64,000 nucleotides of DNA from Herbaspirillum sp. meg3 (GCF_002257565.1 NZ_CP022736.1:2100284-2164283); one strand, 5' to 3'. Counted from the stretch's first letter, positions 11,248 to 21,824 are shown. Made by a program: numbers and translations. Notes: generated from the sequence alone by a model not told the origin.

Positions 11248-12534
11248 GTGCGATTTAGTCCTAACCAGGAGCATGAATTGGCAGGCGCAATTAATAAACT
11301 GACAGATACAAAAATAGAAAAGTCCGTAAAAGCAGCAAAACTAGCCTCTAGTCAAAGTAAGGGGAAGGCCTCAATCGTCGGCGATGGCGGAGGTCTATAT
11401 CTTCAGATCAGTAAAACTGGCGCGGCTTCTTGGCTGTTCAGGTATATGCGGGATCGTAAGGCGGTCGGATTGGGTCTCGGCGCATATCCTGACGTATCGC
11501 TCAAGAACGCACGCGTAAAAGCTGACGCGTGCCGCACTCAACTCGCGGAAGACCGAGATCCTTTGACTGAGAAACGAGCTTCTCAGACAGCCGCCAAGGA
11601 ACCTGTCCAAAAAGCGAAGACCTTTGACGAGTGCGCTGCAGAATATATCGCGGATCATCGTGCCGAGTGGAAAAACGCTAAGCATGCCCAGCAATGGGAG
11701 AACACTTTGGCAATGTACGCTTCGCCCGTGATTGGCGATAAAGCCGTGGATGCGATCACTCTGGTCGACATTAAGAAGATCCTAGCGCCGATTTGGACCA
11801 GGAAATATGAAACGGCGAGCCGATTGCGAGGTCGGATCGAGTCAGTTCTTGGCTGGGCCACAGTGCACGAGCTGAGGACTGGCGACAATCCTGCACGGTG
11901 GAAAGGGCATCTAGAGCACCTTTTAGCCAAAAGCTCGCTGACTCTACGCGCGGTCAAACATCACGCCGCGCTGCCCTATGCTGATATTCCAGCGTTCATA
12001 CGTGCGTTGTCCCAGCAGGAAGGGATGGCACGATGGGCGCTTGAATTTCTTATCTTGACGGCGTGCAGGACCAGTGAGATTTGCCAAGCAAAATGGTCCG
12101 AGATAGACCTGAAGAAAGGCCTGTGGACCATCCCGGAAGAGCGCATGAAGGCAGGCAAAGAGCATCGAGTGCCGCTTTCTGATCGGGCCTTAACGGTTTT
12201 GCACTCCGTCAAACCGCTGGCCATTGGAGAATTCATATTCCCTGGCGGCGTGAAGGATAAGCACCTCTCCAACATGGCAATGATGATGTTGCTGCGCCGT
12301 ATGGGCCACGACAAGATCACCGTCCATGGCTTTCGCTCGACGTTCCGCGATTGGATCGGTGAAACGACTCAACACGAGTTCCAAGTTGCCGAGGCGGCAC
12401 TAGCACACGGCCTGGCCGACAAGGTCGTCGCGGCTTATGCACGTGGGGATTTGTATGAAAAACGGTACGCGCTGATGCAGGATTGGAGTAACTATTGTTG
12501 GCCCGCAGAGAAGAGTAAAGCTATCGTTGTCTAA
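11248..12534 (+). CDS. int: tyrosine-type integrase (P4-like, N-terminal arm-binding domain)
   Basis: 428 aa; N-terminal …LTDTKIEK…GDGGGLYLQISKTGAASWLFRY… typical of P4-family integrases; C-terminal catalytic region …HGFRSTFRDW…; true start may be internal/non-ATG. Confidence 0.85.
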   Translation: MRFSPNQEHELAGAINKLTDTKIEKSVKAAKLASSQSKGKASIVGDGGGLYLQISKTGAASWLFRYMRDRKAVGLGLGAYPDVSLKNARVKADACRTQLAEDRDPLTEKRASQTAAKEPVQKAKTFDECAAEYIADHRAEWKNAKHAQQWENTLAMYASPVIGDKAVDAITLVDIKKILAPIWTRKYETASRLRGRIESVLGWATVHELRTGDNPARWKGHLEHLLAKSSLTLRAVKHHAALPYADIPAFIRALSQQEGMARWALEFLILTACRTSEICQAKWSEIDLKKGLWTIPEERMKAGKEHRVPLSDRALTVLHSVKPLAIGEFIFPGGVKDKHLSNMAMMMLLRRMGHDKITVHGFRSTFRDWIGETTQHEFQVAEAALAHGLADKVVAAYARGDLYEKRYALMQDWSNYCWPAEKSKAIVV

Positions 12535-12558
12535 TCTTAAAATTTAAAGACGCAATAT

Positions 12559-13485
12559 ATGAAACGCAACTTAGACCCTATCGGCTCACCAACACTCGAA
12601 AAGCCACACGGAGGATTTCACCCTAAACTTTTACGAGATGTTCTTCCAGCCAGCCGAGTTCCGCCGAGGTCCGCGGGAAACAAAGCACGTTATGGAGCGC
12701 TATCGGATTCGACCTCCTACAGTGAATATGCGTGGGAATTTTTGCGGAGAAATCGCTATTTCCAACAACAGTATGATGCATCGATGGGCGACTCTCGGAT
12801 CATATTGGCCTTGGAGAAATCCATAGCCGACGAAGGAGCCTTTGATTCCGGACTATTTGAAGACGTGCACTATAAAGAACCATACATACATAAAGATAAG
12901 AAAATACAAATAAGATGGGCCTTAGTTGAAAACGTTTTGACGCATTGTCGAGACAGCGAATATAAGGTGCAGAGCACTATTGATGTGCCGATTTTCTATG
13001 CGCATGCATATTTGAGGCGCGCATTTTTTGCTCTGGATCCAGGTTTCGACTTGCCACCAGTAGATATACAAATTGAAATCGTTCGACGCTTTCTTATAGA
13101 AGAAGCCCAAAGTAAAAAATTTATCACGCCCCGAGAGCGGAAGAGAAAAAATCCATCTAGAGCAAAATTACGGAATTTACTTAGGATCATTGATTTATTC
13201 TCTGCTCCAAACAGTGATCTTCGAAAAGTAAGTGAAGCTTTTATCACGCATGACCTCCAATCGATTTTATTCAGATCGCCTAATGCACGTTCTTTGCCTA
13301 CTGAATCAACTGGTTTGGCAGGTGTGCATCAACCATCAAGGACAAAGGCAGAAATAGCGGCAGATCTTCGTGAGGCCGAATTAAAAGTAGCGGAGAAGGC
13401 CATTTCGAGGCTAGCTACGGAAGCTTTTGATCTCGTCTACCGTGGCGGGTACTCAAAACTGATTCACTTCGATTATCAGACTTAG
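12559..13485 (+). CDS. hypothetical protein with YAWEFLRRNRYF motif (DUF6499/DUF2285-like, ICE/island-associated)
   Basis: 308 aa; motif recalled from island-borne regulator-like proteins; otherwise no recognised domain. Confidence 0.5.
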   Translation: MKRNLDPIGSPTLEKPHGGFHPKLLRDVLPASRVPPRSAGNKARYGALSDSTSYSEYAWEFLRRNRYFQQQYDASMGDSRIILALEKSIADEGAFDSGLFEDVHYKEPYIHKDKKIQIRWALVENVLTHCRDSEYKVQSTIDVPIFYAHAYLRRAFFALDPGFDLPPVDIQIEIVRRFLIEEAQSKKFITPRERKRKNPSRAKLRNLLRIIDLFSAPNSDLRKVSEAFITHDLQSILFRSPNARSLPTESTGLAGVHQPSRTKAEIAADLREAELKVAEKAISRLATEAFDLVYRGGYSKLIHFDYQT

Positions 13486-13796
13486 GCTGATGTCGCACTC
13501 CAACACTGCGCAGTGCCGCGGAAACAAAGTTACAAAATGTTACATTTTCTAGGTTTTACTCCAATACCTATTTATTACTTTTTCTATTATGAGGATTTTT
13601 AGATATTTATCTTCATTATGTCAATTGTTGACATTAATTAATGATATTTGAAATAACTGTGTATTTTTTTGAATATTATCCCTGCTATATCCCCAATATA
13701 AGAATATCTATTTTCAGATATTGGTGAATTTCATTTATCTATAGTTCACTCCGATCTCACTTAATTGTTAAGCGAGGAACAACCGGAAGATCCAAA

Positions 13797-14156
13797 ATGA
13801 ACTTAGATACATCCAACGAAAAAGAGCGCAACGACGCGCTCTTCAAGTGTCACAAAACTGCCCTTGCGCAAGTTGGCAAGGGCACACCCCACCAGTATCC
13901 AGTCGCTCTGATTGATGCCACAACCGAACGTTCCTTTAAGTTGATTTCGGTCGACAAGGTCTGCGAACTGCTCGACGTACAGCGAACCTTCGTCAACGAG
14001 CGCGTCGCTTCGGGCGATCTGCCCAAGCCGATCAAGTTTGGTACTAGCCGGCGCGCCGCCATCCGCTTCGTTCTCTCGGAGATCCAAGACTACATCGCTC
14101 GTCTCGCAGCCGAACGTCACACCCCTAATTCGACTAACAACTCGTCGGTCAAATAA
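13797..14156 (+). CDS. AlpA-like helix-turn-helix regulator / excisionase family
   Basis: 119 aa; …VDKVCELLDVQRTFVNERVASGDLPKPIKFGTSRRAAIRFVLSEIQDYI… matches AlpA/phage-regulator pattern; preceded by very AT-rich promoter-like region 13500-13790. Confidence 0.65.
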   Translation: MNLDTSNEKERNDALFKCHKTALAQVGKGTPHQYPVALIDATTERSFKLISVDKVCELLDVQRTFVNERVASGDLPKPIKFGTSRRAAIRFVLSEIQDYIARLAAERHTPNSTNNSSVK

Positions 14157-14167
14157 CGGAGGCGAAA

Positions 14168-14728
14168 ATGACGGACAAAACCAATATCCCTCGCTTGATG
14201 CGCAAGCGCAAAAATGCGCATAAAGCCGTTGCCTATCCCCGCCCAATGTCGACGCAGTTGGCGATTCTGGATTCGTCAGGAAACATACCATTTTCATACG
14301 AAAAAGAAGTTGATGCGGATCCTAATAATTCTCATATCTTCTATGTAGACAGCATGCACTTTTACTTGAGTCCCGCGCCGAACGATCCAGAAAAAGCCAT
14401 GAGAATCGTTATGAATGCACTGGCGACGTTCCATCGCGAACACCCAGAATGGCGTGACCGCTGGCCGGAGAAAGTGGAGCAACCAATTCGTTTTGAATGC
14501 TGGGATGGTTGTCGCAACGGCTCGGTCATATTCAATACTGCGCGCGGCGACAAATTCATATACGCGACACATCTCGGCGGCGATGACGTTGCGCTGATGT
14601 TGCCTAACACTAAGCCCTACTCGTGGCAGAACGCAGGTCTCAGCTGGTTGCGCAACTACGAACGTTGTTGCGACCGCAATGCATGGAATCCACGTCCTTG
14701 GCGTGGCAAACCATGTGGGTGCAACTAA
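14168..14728 (+). CDS. hypothetical protein
   Basis: 186 aa ORF, no recognised motif; Cys-rich C-terminus. Confidence 0.45.
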   Translation: MTDKTNIPRLMRKRKNAHKAVAYPRPMSTQLAILDSSGNIPFSYEKEVDADPNNSHIFYVDSMHFYLSPAPNDPEKAMRIVMNALATFHREHPEWRDRWPEKVEQPIRFECWDGCRNGSVIFNTARGDKFIYATHLGGDDVALMLPNTKPYSWQNAGLSWLRNYERCCDRNAWNPRPWRGKPCGCN

Positions 14729-14803
14729 GAGTCAATTTCAGTTATTCGGGCCAGTGCGGCATGAGCTGCACTGGCATCGCCAATACACTCATCTTTTACA
14801 ACC

Positions 14804-16036
14804 ATGATAGACCTCCTCATCGTCTCCGGATGCCTCGGCACACACCAAGACCACCATCTCAAGCGTATTACGCAAATTAGCTTTGCGCGATTTAACGACT
14901 ACTTTTCCAAGCCCACAATCACTTTCATTAACCTCCCCATTACTGGTGCACAGGTCGAGGTGAAATGCTGGGTCGAGTTGGTAGCAGACATCCCACGCAC
15001 ATTCGTCCAGATCAGTATTCCACTCCCCGCCGTCACCATCGGTCAGAACTATGCCCATGCAGGCTTGGAGGTGCTTAAGAACGAGCTGGATTGCGCATCT
15101 CTCATCGTCAAGCTGACGTTGCTCACGTTAGGTTTCAACGAGGCCGAGATCGCGCTGTTTATGGAATCTTCCAGTCCTAAGATGGTTGAACTTACCTGGA
15201 ACACGCCAACGAGCAGTGAAGATGCACTGAAGAACCTGCAACAACGAACGTTTCACGCGTTGGAGCTAGTCAAAAAAGCTAGCCGTCGCCATGATTCTCA
15301 GATCCGCGACCTAGACTATCGTAAAAAGAACTTCGCGCCGGCGGTGCTGGCGTCGCTCAAGAATGGCGACCAGTTCCGTCAGTACGGCAAGTTCGATCAA
15401 ATCGCTGCTAAGTCGAATCGCGGCAAGACGCGTTATAAGGTATCTGCCGAAATGGCTAGACAAAAGGATCAGTTACTGGATGCCATTCGCTTTCACGCTC
15501 GCAACGAAGTCCGGCTAGGTTTCGAAACGCTCAAATCCCTGGGTATGGCGCATCCTAAAAACTGGACAGCGGAAGGCTTGAAAACAGGTATTGACGGTGT
15601 CTGGCATCACTTGGGCTTTGCCGTGAAACCGCGGCTGGACCGTTCGCAGCTGAGCCCCGAAGCGTTGACCTCACTGGATCAGTTTGACGTAGGCGTGGAC
15701 CTGGTGGCGGCTTTACCAGCGCACACATTTTCCCGCCATCGCAAGAGCATCCTGGCTGCCAATGGTCCGGATATCGCAATTCCCTGGCGCCATGGTCAGG
15801 TCAATCCTGAGTCAGTGGGCTATCAGCTGCAATACGAGCGCCGCTGGAAGCCGACCAAGTTTCAGAAGTTGGTAATCTCCGCTGCGACCGCCCCGGCAAT
15901 CGAGACGGACCTGCAGCGTGGTATCGCGTTCATCCGCGACGGGGAGCTGCCGGATATTGCTGATTCCGACGAGCTAGAACGCTGGATGACCCGCTGGAAA
16001 GCTTTTATGGCGAAGGAGCGCCTGCTGATGGGTTAG
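14804..16036 (+). CDS. hypothetical protein (possible island replication/maintenance function)
   Basis: 410 aa ORF following alpA-like gene as in P4-like islands; no confident domain call. Confidence 0.45.
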   Translation: MIDLLIVSGCLGTHQDHHLKRITQISFARFNDYFSKPTITFINLPITGAQVEVKCWVELVADIPRTFVQISIPLPAVTIGQNYAHAGLEVLKNELDCASLIVKLTLLTLGFNEAEIALFMESSSPKMVELTWNTPTSSEDALKNLQQRTFHALELVKKASRRHDSQIRDLDYRKKNFAPAVLASLKNGDQFRQYGKFDQIAAKSNRGKTRYKVSAEMARQKDQLLDAIRFHARNEVRLGFETLKSLGMAHPKNWTAEGLKTGIDGVWHHLGFAVKPRLDRSQLSPEALTSLDQFDVGVDLVAALPAHTFSRHRKSILAANGPDIAIPWRHGQVNPESVGYQLQYERRWKPTKFQKLVISAATAPAIETDLQRGIAFIRDGELPDIADSDELERWMTRWKAFMAKERLLMG

Positions 16037-16184
16037 ATTACTCGTCAATGGCAGGTAATAATGGTTGGGGCAAAGGAGGGGAGATGGCTTTCCGTACGGG
16101 GCAACTACGCAGGACTGTAGCGTGCTCCATCGGCCCCTTTTGCTAAGATGCTATTTTCTACCCACAATTGACGGAGTTAAATCC

Positions 16185-16451
16185 ATGAGTTATGTGGTTT
16201 CACTAAAAGAGGTCGACGCGCACTGGGGCTTCACCGACCGATTCTCGGAAGAGGATCGCGATGCTCTGCTCTCAGCCACAATAGGGGATGAATTTAAGAT
16301 CAATGGCGGCTCCGCAAAATTAGATCAACGCGGAAACATGAATCTGTTTTTTGATTCGAACGCCGGACGCCGTCACCATGAGGTGGATTACGAGGAACTC
16401 CGTCAACAATTGCTTAACCCTGATACGGTTAAGCTCTACACCAGCTACTAA
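16185..16451 (+). CDS. hypothetical small protein
   Basis: 88 aa from ATG 16185 with GGAG 9 nt upstream. Confidence 0.4.
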   Translation: MSYVVSLKEVDAHWGFTDRFSEEDRDALLSATIGDEFKINGGSAKLDQRGNMNLFFDSNAGRRHHEVDYEELRQQLLNPDTVKLYTSY

Positions 16452-16544
16452 GGACGGGGCATACAATGAGCACCCAACGATCGGTGCCTGTACTAGCCGA
16501 GCATCGCGGCAAGCGTCGCAATTTAGCCTCGGCGATCAACTTGT

Positions 16545-17573
16545 CTAAGTTGGAAAGTTGTCACGAAACTCAGGTGGGCAATCGGGACTAGTCCAACTAT
16601 GCTTTTCCTCCGGATCAGGATGAAGTGCTTCCCACGAGTCAGCAGATGGCTCGCTAGCCTCAAACCATAGGGCTCGTGTTTCTTTGCTGCGAGCCACGAC
16701 GGTGGTTGGGGCAAAGGCGACGTGCCGGTGATTTACGGTATCCACCCAGTCTGAGGAAACATCCGAGTAGAGCGGGCCGATGGGGCGATGCGTGAAGAGG
16801 AGGCACTGCTCTGGGGAAATCGGCAGCGTGATTTCAATGTCAGGATTTTTCAGACCGACGGCACGTTCGAACGGATGCCGACGATAGGCAGTGGGATCAC
16901 ACCATGTCGCTGGAGCATCGGTGGTGAGGAATCCAAGAGGATCACATGCGCAAAGCACGGTCTTATGCATACCAAGCAACGTTGGAAGGATCACATCGAC
17001 CGCTTGATCGAGCAGAGTTGTAGTCGTCGTTTCCTTCAGATTGTCGAAGTCTCCTGGTTGAGGAGTGTAGGTGTTCGGCCGGTTAGCGTGAGGATGAAGT
17101 ATTGGTTCTACAGTTCTGCTTTCCCAGTCGGGGCCTGCGGCCTTCTCATACATCGCTTTCAACTCCTCCATGTGACCGAGGAAGTGATTGCGGCTTGCGG
17201 CGGTACGGGTATATGCCGTCGCAGCAAACAAGCATGCCCAAAACCAGTCCTCTTCAGTAAGGGCGCGTTTGAAGTTGAACTTGCTCGTTCTGACCTTCGT
17301 AAAGTTCGACTCTATGGTTCCTAGACCATGCTCAAGCCGGAGGTCATGAGTGCCATCGGGAGCCGTCAGCGTGTACATATCTGATTCACGAAAGATCTTC
17401 TCGGGCGCCTTGGCCTTTGGGTTTTCACCCTTCTTATCAAACAGCCAAACGTAAGGAGTGTTCTTGCTGGTCTTCGGCGCCGAAGGATCCAGCCAAGCTT
17501 TCAGATAGCATGCTGGGACGAAATGCTGCCTTCGCTGTTCATATTTCTTTCGCTTCATAATCTTGGGGCCCAA
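16545..17573 (-). CDS. DUF4238-like protein
   Basis: 342 aa; N-terminal …RRQHFVPACYLKAW… resembles the HxVPqfYLrxF signature of DUF4238. Confidence 0.5.
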   Translation of the reverse strand: MGPKIMKRKKYEQRRQHFVPACYLKAWLDPSAPKTSKNTPYVWLFDKKGENPKAKAPEKIFRESDMYTLTAPDGTHDLRLEHGLGTIESNFTKVRTSKFNFKRALTEEDWFWACLFAATAYTRTAASRNHFLGHMEELKAMYEKAAGPDWESRTVEPILHPHANRPNTYTPQPGDFDNLKETTTTTLLDQAVDVILPTLLGMHKTVLCACDPLGFLTTDAPATWCDPTAYRRHPFERAVGLKNPDIEITLPISPEQCLLFTHRPIGPLYSDVSSDWVDTVNHRHVAFAPTTVVARSKETRALWFEASEPSADSWEALHPDPEEKHSWTSPDCPPEFRDNFPT

Positions 17574-18562
17574 AGAAAGTTGTTCTTGCGGAGATGTGTA
17601 CTACGCTACGTCAAGAGGCTGCTTCCCGTGGACTGTTTCTGGCCGGATGCAGGTCATAGAGAACTCCAACCCATCTGACAGCTAGTGTGAGATAAGGTCT
17701 GAACTGCTGACTCTTTGTGAAAGGGGTTATCAACTACATAGTTAGCATCGCCAATACAATCGTTTTTAACAACCACTAAACCGCAGATCCCACTCGCCGA
17801 TAGCACTTCAACACTCCGCAGGTCATCCTGCAGCACTTTTCACCTCTAAACCACCACCGGATTTTATAGTCATTTTCCGCTCGGATCTTGCGACTACAGC
17901 CGAGTATCACTTGGATCACACCCGCCACACTAGGCTGCGAGACGATCCGGTAGATACCCACTGAACCGGCACCAGTCTAACCGTCACACTTCCCACGTAG
18001 ACAACGCACAGTGCAGCCCTGCAAGCAGTTAGACCGGTTTAAGTATGAGTACCCACACCGAGATACCCCTAGCTCGACGTAGAGCCGGCCAGAGACCCCG
18101 ACAAGCCATGAACGCCGCAGAACCGGTGAAGGTCCATACGCAATTTCAAGCGATGGTAAACATCACGGAGAAACCGGACATGGGCAAACTCATCGCTGCA
18201 ATACTCAGGTTGTTTAAACCTGCACCACCGCCAGCCTCTCCTGAGCCGCTGGAACTGTCAGCCGAAGCCAGCGGATTCTACGATGCCTTTGCTAGGCGCT
18301 TAGTAGAGGTCACGCCGCCAGAAGTGCTTGCGCAACCCGGCACGCTGATTCTCAACGAGACGATTGCTGCGGTTCTGGACGAGTTGGTACGCTCGGAGAA
18401 GCACCATGCCAGGGCAGTACGGTACCGGTCGTGCTGGACTCCCGTTTAAGCGCGCCTAGCGCACATGAGGCAGGTCGGTGTTGCTCGACTAGTGCAAATG
18501 GCTAGGACTGCCAGCGTGGCCTGCTGGTAGCCCATGCGTTCCGGAATGTTTCGATGCAAACG

Positions 18563-19141
18563 TTATTTGCCTTTGCTCTTTTTTCGATCATAAATAGAGA
18601 GCGAAATCAACACAGCAAAGGAAATCAACCATACATATAACATCGAAAATCCTGTAAACATATTCACAAATATACCCGCCCACAATACGACAAAGAACGA
18701 CCAAAGTGCGCGACGGCTGATAGGCGCTTGTCCATTTTTCTCCTCCCGCTCTTTCTTCCAAGCGAACAGTTGCTTGTACAACGAACGAATTCCGATAATC
18801 AGCCCTGCAGTAATTGCAAGCTGAATAATTTCGACAGAGTCATTGGTAATTCCAAGGCGCGAACATACACTGCGAACTGCATCAGCTCCCCAAAACCACA
18901 TCACCACACATATATAGACAGTCAGGATCCATGTCCAGAATGCTGGCCAATTCGCAGGCCCATATGCCATTGGTGCTCGCGGTCTAGAATTTGCTACTTT
19001 CGTTGCTGCGGCAAAATATGAATCAGAAGGGTTTACACCTGCGCTCATCTGTTCTGCGCTGCTTCCCAGGCTACTACTGTCAATAAATGTCCCCCGATTG
19101 TCTCGGGTAAATCCTTCGGTATCTTTATAGTCGCTAGACAT
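18563..19141 (-). CDS. membrane protein, hypothetical (soluble N-terminus plus 3-4 TM helices)
   Basis: Start at ATG 19139-19141 preceded by GGAG; long hydrophobic stretches. Confidence 0.5.
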   Translation of the reverse strand: MSSDYKDTEGFTRDNRGTFIDSSSLGSSAEQMSAGVNPSDSYFAAATKVANSRPRAPMAYGPANWPAFWTWILTVYICVVMWFWGADAVRSVCSRLGITNDSVEIIQLAITAGLIIGIRSLYKQLFAWKKEREEKNGQAPISRRALWSFFVVLWAGIFVNMFTGFSMLYVWLISFAVLISLSIYDRKKSKGK

Positions 19142-19377
19142 TCGCACTCCGTTTTTTTTGAATTGATGTAGTCCGCTTAAAAAACTTCCTCTGCATAATA
19201 CAAGAGAAAAATGCACCTTTGTGGGTTGCTGAGGCACTGTGCATTGGACAGCAACAAACGCTCAATCTCTAGAACTGACAGTCATTCACGTACTACCAAG
19301 AAGGTTTGGAGTGTCCATGGCGCTGAAGCCAAGTCTCCGGATATGATTGGCGTTCGGTACTCCATTTTCGTGCTCAG

Positions 19378-19998
19378 ATGACGACAGATTATAAAAATAC
19401 CCCGCGATCATTACGTGCCTCGGAAGCCATTGCAGACCGCGTTTCGAAGATCAACGAACCGCACGTTGCGGAGCTAACCAATTACGTCGGGCTGCTGCGA
19501 CAACGATTCCCTAATTCTTGGGAGTTTCCCGATTTTGATCCTTACGACGGCGGGCAAGAAGCCAAACTCTTGTTTCTGTTGGAGAAGCCGGGGCCGATGA
19601 CTTCCGCCAATGGAGGGAGTGGATCTGGATTTATTTCGAGGAACAACGACGACCCCACAGCTGCGGCAGTCTTCGATTTCATGGTTAAAGCAGGAATCCC
19701 ACGAGAGCGCACGGTTCTGTGGAACACGGTGCCAGGTTGGAACGGCAGTATCAAAATGTCCCAACAGGAACGTCGTGAGGGCCGGGCTGAACTTCCAACA
19801 CTTATAAATTTGCTGCCAAAGCTCAGGGGAGTTGTGCTGGTCGGGCGCCAAGCACAACGAGCCACGAAACAGATTCTGGAACTGAACGTGCCAGTTTTCC
19901 TGTCTAGTCATCCTTCAACTAAAGTGAGGTCTATTAATCCGCATCTCTGGAACGACATTCCGTTTCGTTGGGAGTCGGCTTTCGAGGCAATCGGGTAA
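19378..19998 (+). CDS. uracil-DNA-glycosylase-superfamily protein (UDG-like fold)
   Basis: 206 aa; …LLFLLEKPGPMTSANGGSG… (GExPG-like motif A) and …VFLSSHPSTK… (HPSP-like motif B). Confidence 0.55.
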   Translation: MTTDYKNTPRSLRASEAIADRVSKINEPHVAELTNYVGLLRQRFPNSWEFPDFDPYDGGQEAKLLFLLEKPGPMTSANGGSGSGFISRNNDDPTAAAVFDFMVKAGIPRERTVLWNTVPGWNGSIKMSQQERREGRAELPTLINLLPKLRGVVLVGRQAQRATKQILELNVPVFLSSHPSTKVRSINPHLWNDIPFRWESAFEAIG

Positions 19999-20072
19999 TT
20001 AATCGGCATGACCGTCCGCAACCGACCAGAGGCAAACACTGCCTAATACTTAAAGAAAAATCAGGAACGCAT

Positions 20073-21824
20073 ATGCGACTTTCAGAAGTTACGATTACGA
20101 ATTTTTGTTCATGTCATGATTTGACCATTCCGTTGGCTGGATTCAACCCAATTGTTGGGTATAACAACTCAGGAAAGTCTAACATTCTGCGAGCAATCAA
20201 TTGGTTGCTCAAAAAAGTGGTTCAGCCGGCGCACATGTTCCATGACGTAAACGAGCGCATGTGGGTAGCTGGTGTAATTGATAACGTAAACCTAGCACTG
20301 TTGCCACAGAACCAGCAGCAGGCGGTGGCACCATTTTTGAATGGGGGAGCACTGAAAGTCAGACGGATCCAACCTTCGCCCGGCTGCTCTGCGAATCAGG
20401 TCAAAGTCGAGGTATTCGACTATGCAACCAACAACTGGTCCGACAATCCCGCGGGGCTCGACAACGCGCTGGCAGTCTTGTTTCCCGAGCCGCTCTACAT
20501 TGAGGCGATGGAAAACGCCGGTGAAGATATTGGCAAGTTTGGTGCAAAGAACACCATTGGTTTATTGCTTAAACAGGTGCTCGCGCAGATTCAAGCTCAG
20601 AATGCGCCGGCGATTGCCGCTATGCAAGTCGCTTTCTCCCAAGTGTCGACCTTTCTTTCGGGGCAGCACCGGTTGGCCGAGCTTGCCACGTTCGAGACCA
20701 ATGCAAGCAACGCCATCACTTCCTTCTTTCCCGGACTGTCTCTGCACCTGAACTTTGCGACGCCGAGCATCGAGGAAATTTTTAAGACCTCCACAGTGAC
20801 TTTATCAGACTCTGAAGGGAGTCCTCGCCCAATATCGTCATTGGGGCATGGTGCACAGCGCAGTGCGCAAATGGCGCTTATCAAGCTGCTTGCCGACATG
20901 ACGAGCGCGACCGGAGGTAATCCAGGCGGCACCATCGTACTTCTGATCGACGAACCAGAACTGTGCCTACATCCGCAGGCGGTGGAGTTGCTGCGGGAAT
21001 CCCTGCTGCTGCTATCTACTCAAAACTTCCAGGTCATCTTCTCTACGCATTCGCCACTGCTCATAGGGCATACGCATGCGTTACAGACCCTTATGGTCTA
21101 CAAGGGAGCTAACAATCGTACGGTGGCGCGCCAGAAGCTGCAGTCGGCGGCAGATGCGCTGAATGCTAACCCGGCTCAGACCGAGGCGGTGTTTTCGCTG
21201 CAAGCAGCGACACATATATTATTTTCCGAGAAAGTCTTGTTGGTGGAGGGTAAGACTGAAATGATGTTGGTGCCATCAATCTACCAGACTGTAAAGGGGC
21301 GCTCCTATATGCACGACAGAGGTTGCCTAGTCTCTGGTTCCAGCAGTTCTTCGCTCCTGCCGATGATGGCCATTCTGCGCGCGGTGGGCTACGCACCCAA
21401 GGCCCTCGCAGACTTGGATTTCGCCTTCAAAGTGGCTACGAATTCCGGGCTGCTTTCCACTACCGATCCAGATATCTTGGCTTGCAAGACATGGTTTACC
21501 GCCAACGCTGCGCAACTCAACGTGTTTCTAGGCGCTGACGGACTTCCGACCAAACAAAGCCCTCAAGGTGTGTGGTCGGCCCTGAAACCCGCTGAGGTCT
21601 TCGAGCTGATGGCACAAGCAATGGCGGCTGAAGTAGATCGTATTGTGACCTCCTTGCGCGCACATAGCATCTGGCTTTGGTCCGGTGGGGCCATCGAAGC
21701 CCACCTCGGAATCCAAAAGAACAATCCTGCCCGTATTGGCTTCATCAACACTGCGCGGTTGAATGGCAACCTGAATCACGCGATTTCGCCGCAGACCTTG
21801 GTGGACTTGGCGCACTGGATGTGA
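20073..21824 (+). CDS. OLD-family nuclease (ABC-type ATPase + C-terminal Toprim)
   Basis: N-terminal …ITNF…PIVGYNNSGKSNILRAINWLL (OLD/AAA_15-21 P-loop), Walker B …VLLIDEPELCLHPQA…, Toprim …VLLVEGKTEMMLVPS… with …LADLDFAFK… (DxD). Confidence 0.8.
   Translation: MRLSEVTITNFCSCHDLTIPLAGFNPIVGYNNSGKSNILRAINWLLKKVVQPAHMFHDVNERMWVAGVIDNVNLALLPQNQQQAVAPFLNGGALKVRRIQPSPGCSANQVKVEVFDYATNNWSDNPAGLDNALAVLFPEPLYIEAMENAGEDIGKFGAKNTIGLLLKQVLAQIQAQNAPAIAAMQVAFSQVSTFLSGQHRLAELATFETNASNAITSFFPGLSLHLNFATPSIEEIFKTSTVTLSDSEGSPRPISSLGHGAQRSAQMALIKLLADMTSATGGNPGGTIVLLIDEPELCLHPQAVELLRESLLLLSTQNFQVIFSTHSPLLIGHTHALQTLMVYKGANNRTVARQKLQSAADALNANPAQTEAVFSLQAATHILFSEKVLLVEGKTEMMLVPSIYQTVKGRSYMHDRGCLVSGSSSSSLLPMMAILRAVGYAPKALADLDFAFKVATNSGLLSTTDPDILACKTWFTANAAQLNVFLGADGLPTKQSPQGVWSALKPAEVFELMAQAMAAEVDRIVTSLRAHSIWLWSGGAIEAHLGIQKNNPARIGFINTARLNGNLNHAISPQTLVDLAHWM

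Noticed and set aside
18045-18449. 134-aa ORF in the 17.6-18.5 kb gap
   Set aside because: Composition differs from surrounding island genes, no RBS, no motif; possibly a gene remnant. Not called as CDS.
19968-20072. 5' extension of the OLD-family gene overlapping the UDG-like gene (ORF start 19968)
   Set aside because: The ATG at 20073 is preceded by AGGAA and begins the conserved MRLSEVTITNF N-terminus typical of OLD ATPases. The extension would overlap the upstream gene by 31 bp.
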